DNA of 24,000 nucleotides from NCBI GenBank assembly GCA_964534625.1, contig CAZHRF010000036.1, positions 1 through 24,000 of the forward strand, in the 5' to 3' direction. The notes beneath the pieces are model-generated. The model saw only the letters and a program-made list of their open reading frames with translations, had not been told where the DNA came from and searched no databases. This DNA is from an uncultured archaeon (lineage in GTDB: Archaea > Asgardarchaeota > Heimdallarchaeia > Heimdallarchaeales > Heimdallarchaeaceae). Below are positions 1 through 7,959 of the stretch, piece after piece. Position 1 is the first letter of the stretch; each line of letters opens with the position of its first letter. Both the position numbers and the translations under genes were made by a program.

Positions 1-163
1 GTTACGTACCCAGTTGTACCCAAAAGAACTCATTGAAAAAAATTCAAGGAAAAAGCAATTAGCGGTATCAGTCCAATTTTTACTAATGGGATGTTAACGC
101 CAACTCTTTTTTCATTTTATAATTTATTCTCTAACTTAAACTTTCAACGAAAGGAAAGATCGT

Positions 164-1438
164 CTAATCTTTTTGTATTAAGCCATCTTTTACAAGTATT
201 TTTCCATTCTTTATCACAGTATTTACGTGATTTCTGCCAAATTGATAGGGTAAACTGGCAATTGATGGTATGTCCATAATCAGCAGATTAGCACGCATTT
301 CTAGATCCAATGTTCCCACTTGATTTTCTCTTTTTAATGATTTTGCACCACCATAAGTTGCTGCCTCCAACGCCTCCTTAGGAGTCATATGCATCATATA
401 ACACCCAAGTTCTATTACCGTTTGCATATTAATTAGATAACAATTTGGATTAAAATCTGTTGACAAAGCAACTGTGGCCCCAGCATCTTTAAACATTCTA
501 TAGTTGGCATATTTTTTTGACATTAAAACAAAGGGCGTTCCTGGTAACAAATTAGCTACTACTCCAGCATCCGCCATTGAACTAGCAGATATTGCTTCTG
601 CTTTTAATAAATGATCAGCTGAATCAGCTTTCATTTCAGAAGCTAATAGTGCAGCGCCTACATTTTCCATTTCGTCAGCATGCATTCTTATTTTGAACTT
701 GTAATCTTTCGCAGCACTAAGAAAAACCTTTGATTCTTCAACTGAAAATGCATTAAAATCCGTCCATATGTCTACATATTCAGCAAGATTTTTTCGTTTA
801 ATCTCTGGTAAAAGTTCTATCATTGATTCTACATACTCAAATGAATTACCGATAAAATCCTCCGGCATTACATGACATCCCAAAAAAGTTGGAATGATAT
901 CAACAGGATGCATTTCGTTTACTTCATTGGTTATTTCAAGTAAGTCTAGCTCTTTTTCTTGATTCAGACCATAACCAGATTTAGCTTCGATCATGGTTGT
1001 ACCATGTTTTAACATGATATCCAACCGTTCTAGTGCTAGTTCTTGCAATTCTTCTCTTTTTGCACTTCTAGTTTGTCTTACGGTATAATTGATTCCTCCA
1101 CCCGATTCAGCTATTTTTTGGTAAGAATCTCCTTTAAGTTTCATAGTTAATTCATGACTCCTATCGCCACCAAACACTAGATGGGTGTGCGAATCTACAA
1201 AACTAGGACAAACAATTTTCTTATTTTTGCAATCAATAATTTCATAATCTTTTCTCATAAAATCAGAAAATATTCTTGTAGTTTCTCCTATTGCTATTAT
1301 TTGACCATTTTTAATAACTAGGCAATCAGGATTTTCTTTATTATACACTGGTTCATATTTGGTAATTGCAGACGCAGGTCCAAGCAATAGTTCTGCAATA
1401 TTGGCAATGATAATGCCCTCACTTTCAGAGTTATCCAT
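164..1438 (-). CDS. hutI: Imidazolonepropionase (amidohydrolase superfamily, histidine degradation)
   Basis: 424-aa ORF; metal-binding motif VDSHTHLVFGGDR, HADE(MENVGAALLASE), LLPGTPFVLM, STDFNPNC as in HutI; ATG at 1438; divergent from hutH. Confidence 0.93.
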   Translation of the reverse strand: MDNSESEGIIIANIAELLLGPASAITKYEPVYNKENPDCLVIKNGQIIAIGETTRIFSDFMRKDYEIIDCKNKKIVCPSFVDSHTHLVFGGDRSHELTMKLKGDSYQKIAESGGGINYTVRQTRSAKREELQELALERLDIMLKHGTTMIEAKSGYGLNQEKELDLLEITNEVNEMHPVDIIPTFLGCHVMPEDFIGNSFEYVESMIELLPEIKRKNLAEYVDIWTDFNAFSVEESKVFLSAAKDYKFKIRMHADEMENVGAALLASEMKADSADHLLKAEAISASSMADAGVVANLLPGTPFVLMSKKYANYRMFKDAGATVALSTDFNPNCYLINMQTVIELGCYMMHMTPKEALEAATYGGAKSLKRENQVGTLDLEMRANLLIMDIPSIASLPYQFGRNHVNTVIKNGKILVKDGLIQKD

Positions 1439-1577
1439 GTGGAAAAGTATCTATCACTTTATTTAATTTTTTTTGGTATGAAAATATCAAAAAGTATAAA
1501 GACTTCTCGAACACAATAAAAGTCCAGTAGTGAACAAAAATAATAAAAAGAACAAGTCAAATTTGGTTTGAGTACTG

Positions 1578-3110
1578 ATGGAGAACGCTTTAATTTCTTT
1601 AACCGGAGAAAACTTAACCCTATCTACCTTAATTTCTATTACTAGAGAAAGTAAAAAAATTAAAATTGCTGATGAGGCTATAAAAAGGATTTGTGAATCA
1701 AGACAGATTATTGAAAACAAAGTCAAACAAAACGAAACTATTTATGGTGTTACAACGGGTTTTGGAAAACTAGCAAATACAGCAATTGAAAAATCTGATC
1801 TAAAGAAACTCCAAGCAAACATAATTAAATCGCATAGTATCGGTTTTGGCAGTTCAATACCCGATGAAATTGTATTAGGAGCGATGGTTATTGCAGTAAA
1901 CTCTTTTTGTAAAGGTAATAGTGGTATTAGATTAGAAACTGTAAACATTTTAGTAGAACTAATTAATAGAAGAATTATCCCCCAAGTTCCAGAAACAGGT
2001 TCATTAGGCGCGAGTGGAGACCTAGCTCCGCTAGCATATATTGCTTGTGTTTTTTTAGGCGAAGGGTACGTAAAATACAATGATACAATTTTTCCTAGTA
2101 CTGATCTTCCCTCTAAATTCAATATCACCCCTCTAGAATTAGAAGCTAAAGAAGGATTAGCACTAGTAAATGGAACACATGTCTTAACATCATATAGTGC
2201 ACATTCAACATTTGATGCTATGAATATCATAAAAAATTCAGCTATTGCAGTAGCACTATCACTAGAAGCATATAGTGGAAATTTAGCAGCTTTTTCAGAT
2301 TTTATCATGAGAATGCGACCCCATAAAGGTCAGATTATATTTGCAAAAACCATTAGAGAATTAACAAAAGGTAGTGAGATTCTATCAGGTAAAAGAAAGA
2401 GAGTACAAGATCCTTATTCATTCCGTTGTTCTCCACAAGTACATGGGGCTGTTTTAGAGACCATAACATATTCTAAAAATATAATCGAAATAGAAATGAA
2501 TTCTTCAACAGATAATCCATTAATTAATAAAAACAAATCTGAAGTACTATCAGGTGGTAATTTTCATGGAGAACCTGTAGGCTTAAGTATGGATTATTTA
2601 GCAATAGCCCTCACAGAACTAGGTACAATATCAGAACGAAGAGTCAATCAATTACTAAACACCGTTCTTTCTGACTTACCGCCATTTTTAACAGACAAAC
2701 CTGGTTTAAATTCAGGTTTAATGATACTTCAATACGCTGACGCTGCCATTTCTTCTGAAAACAAAGTTCTAGCTTCTCCCGCATCAATAGACAATACACC
2801 GGTCTCAGCAGATCAAGAGGACCATGTATCTATGGGTATGACAGCCTGTAAGAAGGCGTATAAAATTGTAAAGAATCTTGAACAAATGATAGGGATTGAG
2901 ATATATACAGCTTGTCAAGCCTTAACATTCATCGAAAATAACCCCTCGCCGATACTTAAAGACATCTACGATACCATAAGAGAGGTTGTTACTCCATTAC
3001 GACAAGATAGAAAGTATGATACCGAGGTTTATTGGATTATCGAAAAACTCAAAGAGAGAAGATTTACAACCATGGTAAAAGAAAAATTAAAATCCCTATT
3101 TAGTGAATAA
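1578..3110 (+). CDS. hutH: Histidine ammonia-lyase
   Basis: 510-aa ORF; YGVTTGFGKLA motif; MIO-forming Ala-Ser-Gly in GSLGASGDLAPLA; QDPYSFRCSPQVHG; NFHGEPVG. Confidence 0.97.
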   Translation: MENALISLTGENLTLSTLISITRESKKIKIADEAIKRICESRQIIENKVKQNETIYGVTTGFGKLANTAIEKSDLKKLQANIIKSHSIGFGSSIPDEIVLGAMVIAVNSFCKGNSGIRLETVNILVELINRRIIPQVPETGSLGASGDLAPLAYIACVFLGEGYVKYNDTIFPSTDLPSKFNITPLELEAKEGLALVNGTHVLTSYSAHSTFDAMNIIKNSAIAVALSLEAYSGNLAAFSDFIMRMRPHKGQIIFAKTIRELTKGSEILSGKRKRVQDPYSFRCSPQVHGAVLETITYSKNIIEIEMNSSTDNPLINKNKSEVLSGGNFHGEPVGLSMDYLAIALTELGTISERRVNQLLNTVLSDLPPFLTDKPGLNSGLMILQYADAAISSENKVLASPASIDNTPVSADQEDHVSMGMTACKKAYKIVKNLEQMIGIEIYTACQALTFIENNPSPILKDIYDTIREVVTPLRQDRKYDTEVYWIIEKLKERRFTTMVKEKLKSLFSE

Positions 3111-3112
3111 AA

Positions 3113-3970
3113 ATGAAATTCGCAGTATTAGGAGATATTCATGGGAATTTGAAGAATCTGAAAAAGATAAGAGACGAATTAAAACTAGTTGATGCTATAT
3201 TTGTTACTGGAGATATAGCTGGAACAATCTCACTTAAGCATATAATTAAATCAATTATTCATTCTAAGAAGATTTCACGTAATGCATATGCAGAACTAGT
3301 ATACACAAAGTACAGAGAGGAGTTTACCAACTATCAATTAAAAACAACAAAAAAAACCTTGGATTTTTTTATTGATATCCAAAAGCCAGTTTTTGTTACT
3401 CATGGAAATGTGGAACTACCTGAAGTAAGAGAAATGTTGAAAAATTATTCGGTAGATCATCCACTTTTCTATTATTTGGGAAACAAAATTATTGAGTATA
3501 ATGGTCTAATAATAGTTGGCTATGGATATTGTACACCCGCAACATACAGAGAACCTTTACAGACGCCAGGTGAAAAAACAATTACCGAAATAAAAGCTGA
3601 TCTAATTACATTATCAGAAGAGATACGAAAAACTAGGAAGGGAGGTGAAAAGAGACTCATAGGATTGTTTCACGAACCGCCTAAGGGTACTAATCTTGAC
3701 TATATTGAAAAAGAAGATCTACATGGAGGAAGTCAAATACACCTTGAACACATCTCACAGATCAAGTATGATTATGTTTTTGTTGGCCATATCCATGAAT
3801 CCCCAGGATTGATTAAAAAAAATTCAGCAGTATGGTTAAATCCCGGACCAATGGTCTCGGGTAACTGGGCAAAGATAGAATTAAATAGCAACACCATTGA
3901 ATTCTTTGAAATAAAAAGATTAATTTCTATCAAAAAGTGGATTTATACCTTACGAGAAATATTCAAATGA
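3113..3970 (+). CDS. Calcineurin-like metallophosphoesterase
   Basis: 285 aa; MKFAVLGDIHGNLKNL, ITGDIAG-like 'FVTGDIAG', THGNVE, 'YDYVFVGHIHESPG' and 'VWLNPGPM' motifs. Starts 2 nt after the hutH stop, so probably co-transcribed. Confidence 0.9.
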   Translation: MKFAVLGDIHGNLKNLKKIRDELKLVDAIFVTGDIAGTISLKHIIKSIIHSKKISRNAYAELVYTKYREEFTNYQLKTTKKTLDFFIDIQKPVFVTHGNVELPEVREMLKNYSVDHPLFYYLGNKIIEYNGLIIVGYGYCTPATYREPLQTPGEKTITEIKADLITLSEEIRKTRKGGEKRLIGLFHEPPKGTNLDYIEKEDLHGGSQIHLEHISQIKYDYVFVGHIHESPGLIKKNSAVWLNPGPMVSGNWAKIELNSNTIEFFEIKRLISIKKWIYTLREIFK

Positions 3971-4007
3971 AAAATAAGAAGAAAGTTATGAGTAAAGTTA
4001 CTTCAAA

Positions 4008-4394
4008 TTAGAGAACACGCTTCTTCTCGTCTCCTTTCCGTTTAATTGTAATAGATGAAGGAATGCCTTCTATTTTTCTTTCTAATTTTTTAATACCGAG
4101 ACGAGAGACTTGTCTTCCCTCTAAATAGCCGATTTTAATCAAATATAATACATTTAAGAATATGGTCTCAGCTGTTTCATTTTTATTTTCATTTTCATAG
4201 AGTTGTTTCCAGTATTCAAAGGCATCGGGTGCCAAAAAGTATTGCATTAATTGAAATTTATCATCTACCGTAACACTTCTAGGCGCTTGTTCAGCTTCTT
4301 TTAAGTCCTCCATTCGCTTCTTTCTTTTGTCTGCCATTTCCATTAATTTTTGAGCTTTTTTCTTTCTTATTGCTTCTAATTCATCAGATGTCAT
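4008..4394 (-). CDS. PDCD5 / TFAR19-like DNA-binding protein
   Basis: 128 aa; N-terminal ELEAIRKKKAQKL, central 'FLAPDAFEYWKQL...FLNVLYLIKIGYL', C-terminal basic beta-strand 'ITIKRKGDEKKR' resemble the archaeal/eukaryotic PDCD5 family pattern. Confidence 0.72.
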   Translation of the reverse strand: MTSDELEAIRKKKAQKLMEMADKRKKRMEDLKEAEQAPRSVTVDDKFQLMQYFLAPDAFEYWKQLYENENKNETAETIFLNVLYLIKIGYLEGRQVSRLGIKKLERKIEGIPSSITIKRKGDEKKRVL

Positions 4395-4460
4395 GAATAT
4401 TCAACTCTATTTAACTCATTAAATAAAGCTCTTTTTAAAGCTTCTAATTGGTGTTAATAC

Positions 4461-4506
4461 CTATGAACCATCATTGCCCATATGCAAATGGATTCCTGGT
4501 TCATAG
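4461..4506. repeat. Nested inverted repeat (potential cruciform / RNA hairpin) between the PDCD5-like and ubiquitin genes
   Basis: CTATGAACCA (4461-4470) is the perfect reverse complement of TGGTTCATAG (4497-4506). Nested inside, CATTGC (4472-4477) pairs with GCAAATG (4484-4490) with one bulge. Confidence 0.7.
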
Positions 4507-4677
4507 AAGTAGTCTCAGAAATATAAATCAATACAACCTAATGAGTATTTTGGATTAGAGAATTTAGAGCCTTGCTTAATTATGGAACTTTTCTAAGCGA
4601 TGATAATTTGCTAACATTTAAGTAGGTGAATACATTAGTAGTAAGTAATCAGTAATATTATGTACCGGTGATTAAAA

Positions 4678-4911
4678 GTGAAGATATCAATTGTAACTGC
4701 TATCGGTGGAGGACTAATAGAACTAGATGCTGATCCTCATTCAACTGTAGCTCAATTAAAACGCGAAGTAGCAAGAATCAAGAAAATTCCAGCTAACACG
4801 GTCATTTTAGTTTTTCAAGGACATCAATTAGACGACAGTCAAATCCTTAAAGAAGCAGGCATTATGGATGGAGACAAACTCTATATTATTGCTAGAACGA
4901 AGGGAGGATAA
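4678..4911 (+). CDS. Ubiquitin-like modifier with exposed C-terminal Gly-Gly
   Basis: 77 aa, GTG start; alignable by eye to ubiquitin (IP...LVFQGHQLDDSQILKEAGIMDGDKLYIIARTKGG versus [41 protein letters not shown]); the stop directly follows GG. Confidence 0.95.
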   Translation: MKISIVTAIGGGLIELDADPHSTVAQLKREVARIKKIPANTVILVFQGHQLDDSQILKEAGIMDGDKLYIIARTKGG

Positions 4912-4951
4912 AGTATTTATTATTTCTCCTTAACTATTTTTAGAGTGAAAA

Positions 4952-5968
4952 ATGTCTGATGATAAATCTCATGATAAATATTCTAGACAAGAATTAATAC
5001 CAGGTTGGGATCAATCTGCTTTAATAAATGCAAATGTAATTATTGCTGGAGTTGGGGCAATAGGGAGTTATGTAGCTACCATACTGGCTTCTTCTGGTAT
5101 TGGAAAACTTATCCTCATTGATATGGATAAGATTGAACTATCCAATCTGAACAGACAACTTTTATTTCGAGAATCAGATCTTAAGAGTTTTAAAGCGGAA
5201 ATTGCAGCAAAAAGATTGAAAAATTTAAATCAAGATGTTGAAATAATTCATTATAATAAAAAAATGGAAAAAGTTCCTCTTAGAGTTTATGAAGAAGCTG
5301 ATGTGATAATTGGATGTCTAGACACATTCATTGGAAGGAGATGGATTAATTCAATGGCTGTTAGACTAAAAAAACCACTCATTTTAGGTGGTATGTTCTC
5401 CTTTTTAGGTGATGTTCAAGTTATTTTTCCTTATGACACCCCTTGTTTTGAATGCCAACCTTTGGTTCCAGATGAAGAATTAGCTCAAGCTTGTACTCCC
5501 TTTGGTGATGTGAGAAAAGATGAACGTGAAGAAGAGGAGGAAGAAGCCAAATTACCGGCAGTAGCTACCCTATCGTCCATTATTGGGGGATGGATGGCAC
5601 AAGAAACAATAAAAATACTTTTGGAAATTGGAAATCCAATCAATAATTATTTGTTTTATGATGGCTTAAATAATGCCTATACAATTGTCCCCCTAGCAAG
5701 AAACAAAAATTGTCCAGCGTGTGGTGAATTATACAATCTTGAACAAATAAAATTTATCACATCCAATAATGAAACTACAAGAGATTTACTAGTACGTTTA
5801 AGCTTGTCTTATGGTCTAGAAAAACCCGAGATTATGATAGATGGAATGATATTAGAACAAGAAAAAAAGATCTCGTCATATAATCTTTCTAATGAGAAAC
5901 TTGCCTTTGTATTAGATACTTCTTTAGCAAAACCAATCAAAGTAGTGTTAGAAATAGTAGACCAATGA
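4952..5968 (+). CDS. E1-like ubiquitin-activating enzyme (ThiF/UBA adenylation domain, Zn ribbon, C-terminal UFD-like tail)
   Basis: 338 aa; GVGAIGS nucleotide-binding loop, D-x-D-x-I-x-x-x-N-x-N-R-Q, GCLDTFIGRRWIN, CxxC pairs CFEC and CPAC, candidate catalytic Cys181 in QACTPFG, ~75-aa C-terminal extension. Confidence 0.92.
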   Translation: MSDDKSHDKYSRQELIPGWDQSALINANVIIAGVGAIGSYVATILASSGIGKLILIDMDKIELSNLNRQLLFRESDLKSFKAEIAAKRLKNLNQDVEIIHYNKKMEKVPLRVYEEADVIIGCLDTFIGRRWINSMAVRLKKPLILGGMFSFLGDVQVIFPYDTPCFECQPLVPDEELAQACTPFGDVRKDEREEEEEEAKLPAVATLSSIIGGWMAQETIKILLEIGNPINNYLFYDGLNNAYTIVPLARNKNCPACGELYNLEQIKFITSNNETTRDLLVRLSLSYGLEKPEIMIDGMILEQEKKISSYNLSNEKLAFVLDTSLAKPIKVVLEIVDQ

Positions 5969-6042
5969 CATATTAAAAAACATAATTAAATGCAATTATT
6001 TTTAAACAGCGATGGTACTATAATCATATAGAAGATAAATGG

Positions 6043-7470
6043 GTGATTACAATTTCTCATGATTACATTCTTGCTACTGAGATGCAACTAATTTATAATA
6101 ATGCGGGAGGATTTGAACCCGTACAAGGCAATTTAAAACGTTGGAAAGGTCAGGTAGGTACAATACAGGGTACATCTATTCCCATTTATGCTGAAATTAA
6201 AATTCAACCAAATTTTCCTCATAGCCCACCGGTTGTTAATATTCAACCCAAGTTAACACATCCTAATGTTAATGAATATGATGTTCTTAAGATGAGGGTG
6301 CTATCTAATTGGAATCCTAGAACACACATATACGAGGTTATTAATGAGATTAAGGCTTTATTTTCTACAGTACCCGCTAAACCTCTAAAATTCAAGCTAA
6401 AAGATAGTCCGTATAAAGAACCATCAAAATTACCTAGAACAGAACAGTCTAAGGATATTCCGCAAAAATTTAAATCTAGAAGCCAAGAGGTACTATTTGA
6501 ACAAGAAGTCAAAACTGATCCGCAAGTGACGAGAATCAGAAAAAAAATCCAAGCATACCAAACAAGGATAGAACAAATAAATAAAGAAATTGAAAGAGAG
6601 AGAGCAACTTTACTTGAAAATGCAGGTGTGCAAGTGAACAAAGATCAAGAGATAGAAGCATCACTCAATGATTTATATCAAGCAGACGTGAATGCCACTA
6701 GCGATCTCATCGAGATCTTAGGGGAAAAATTTGAAGATGGTGACCTTTCTGATGTTGATTATCTTAAATTGCATAGAAAGTATACTGCAAGAGTCTTCAA
6801 AACAAAAAAACAACTACAATTTATGGAAAATGCTGGTGATAAAATGGATAATAGAGATGAAAGAAGATTAGATCTAGAAGCAGACCTTTTTGCAGCAATT
6901 GTAACTTTAGAAAAGATAACTAAAGGATACCAACAACACGAGATTGAACAAATTGCTTATAAAAAACAACTTAGAGCACTAATCAAAAACATATTCAAAT
7001 CGAGAATGAGACTAGAACAAATAGGCGGCTTCAAACTAGACGAGTTTATTGAAAGAGAACAAATGGATCAGAAATATTCATTAGGAGTTAGACAGTTACG
7101 CGTAGCAGAAGGAGTTGAAACACCAGATTCTATTTCCAATGTAGCTTTACCATTTGATTCCTTGAAAAGAATGCCAAGACAAACAGCAGACTTTGTTTCA
7201 TCAGCAATTGAATTAATAGACTTAACGAGATTAAAATCCGTTGCTAGGGCAGATTTAATATTAGCAGATCTAGATGAGTTGATACATATTACAGAGACGT
7301 TTCCAAGTATTCCGGATGACTTCTGGATAATCGATGACATGAAGGATTGGAGAAAAATAGTTTCAAATTATGATACACAAGAAGTATTGAAGGGAGAGGA
7401 TTGTGAGAAACTAGAATTTCAAACCTCTAGATGGCTAAATGAATTCAGAAGATTACTTAAGGATCTTTAA
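6043..7470 (+). CDS. Putative single-chain ESCRT-I: UEV (inactive E2-like) + coiled coil + steadiness box + Vps28 N- and C-terminal domains
   Basis: 475 aa, GTG start. aa ~1-110 UEV-like (PIYAEIKIQPNFPHSPPVVNIQP..HPNV..NWNPRTHIYEVINEIKALF, no Cys); aa ~155-195 coiled coil; aa ~215-262 steadiness-box-like; aa ~278-358 Vps28-N-like (LEADLFAAIVTLEKITKGY...FKLDEFIEREQMDQKYSLGVRQLRVAEG); aa ~388-475 Vps28-C-like four-helix bundle (LDELIHITETFPSIPDDF...DWRKIVSNY...LEFQTSRWLNEFRRLL). Confidence 0.8.
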   Translation: MITISHDYILATEMQLIYNNAGGFEPVQGNLKRWKGQVGTIQGTSIPIYAEIKIQPNFPHSPPVVNIQPKLTHPNVNEYDVLKMRVLSNWNPRTHIYEVINEIKALFSTVPAKPLKFKLKDSPYKEPSKLPRTEQSKDIPQKFKSRSQEVLFEQEVKTDPQVTRIRKKIQAYQTRIEQINKEIERERATLLENAGVQVNKDQEIEASLNDLYQADVNATSDLIEILGEKFEDGDLSDVDYLKLHRKYTARVFKTKKQLQFMENAGDKMDNRDERRLDLEADLFAAIVTLEKITKGYQQHEIEQIAYKKQLRALIKNIFKSRMRLEQIGGFKLDEFIEREQMDQKYSLGVRQLRVAEGVETPDSISNVALPFDSLKRMPRQTADFVSSAIELIDLTRLKSVARADLILADLDELIHITETFPSIPDDFWIIDDMKDWRKIVSNYDTQEVLKGEDCEKLEFQTSRWLNEFRRLLKDL

Positions 7471-7553
7471 TAGATGTTTGGTGATATACATAAATGGTTA
7501 TCACCACCACATATTTTTTAATGAAAAATCACCACTAATTGGGAGAATGTATT

Positions 7554-7859
7554 ATGGCACACAATGTTTCATCAGAAGCAATCTATCAAGAGATAAGAGA
7601 AGCTATCCTTGAATTGATCAATCTGATTGAAATTGATATTGATGTATCATACGTATTAGAAGAATTGGAAGAAATAAGATTCAAAATCAGAAAGATTAAT
7701 GTAAAAAACGGATCCGTACCAGAAGAAATAAATCAGGTGTTTAATAAGCTATATGACAAATACAAAAATAAAATGTCAGCTCCACTCTCATCAAGAGATA
7801 AAAGAAAACTTATCGAAAATCTAAAAGAATGGCTAATAAAAGCGGGTTCAATGTTCTAA
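7554..7859 (+). CDS. Small helical protein of unknown function inside the ESCRT array
   Basis: The track ORF begins at TTG 7539; the ATG at 7554 (MAHNVSSEAIYQE...) is a likelier start (GGGAG at 7541-7545). ~101 aa, predicted mostly helical and charged. Confidence 0.7.
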   Translation: MAHNVSSEAIYQEIREAILELINLIEIDIDVSYVLEELEEIRFKIRKINVKNGSVPEEINQVFNKLYDKYKNKMSAPLSSRDKRKLIENLKEWLIKAGSMF

Positions 7860-7959
7860 TAAAGGCAGCTCGTTTAAAAACAATTGTTTTTATAATGCTT
7901 TTGACAATGTACTTACAGATAAAAAGTGCATAAATCTAAAATATAATGGGGTCATAACA

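Noticed and set aside
2-97. Open reading LRTQLYPKELIEKNSRKKQLAVSVQFLLMGC* from the left window edge
   Set aside because: Could be the tail of an upstream + gene, but too short and without any recognisable motif to call.
91-279. 62-aa + strand ORF at the left edge
   Set aside because: Overlaps the 3' end of hutI on the opposite strand, low-complexity/hydrophobic composition, no motif.
1742-2308. 188-aa antisense ORF inside hutH
   Set aside because: Shadow ORF of a strongly supported histidine ammonia-lyase gene; no independent family signal.
4678-5968. Interpretation as a sulfur-carrier (Urm1/SAMP/MoaD-ThiF) pair rather than ubiquitin-E1
   Set aside because: The small protein aligns along its full length to ubiquitin and the E1-like protein has a CT-type candidate catalytic Cys plus a C-terminal domain, next to ESCRT genes. 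The sulfur-carrier reading is not formally excluded without assays.
6043-6372. Calling this region an active ubiquitin-conjugating E2
   Set aside because: No cysteine anywhere in the E2-like domain; UEV is the better supported call.
6243-6641. 132-aa antisense ORF inside the ESCRT-I fusion gene (also 7068..7340)
   Set aside because: Shadow ORFs opposite a well-supported coding region.
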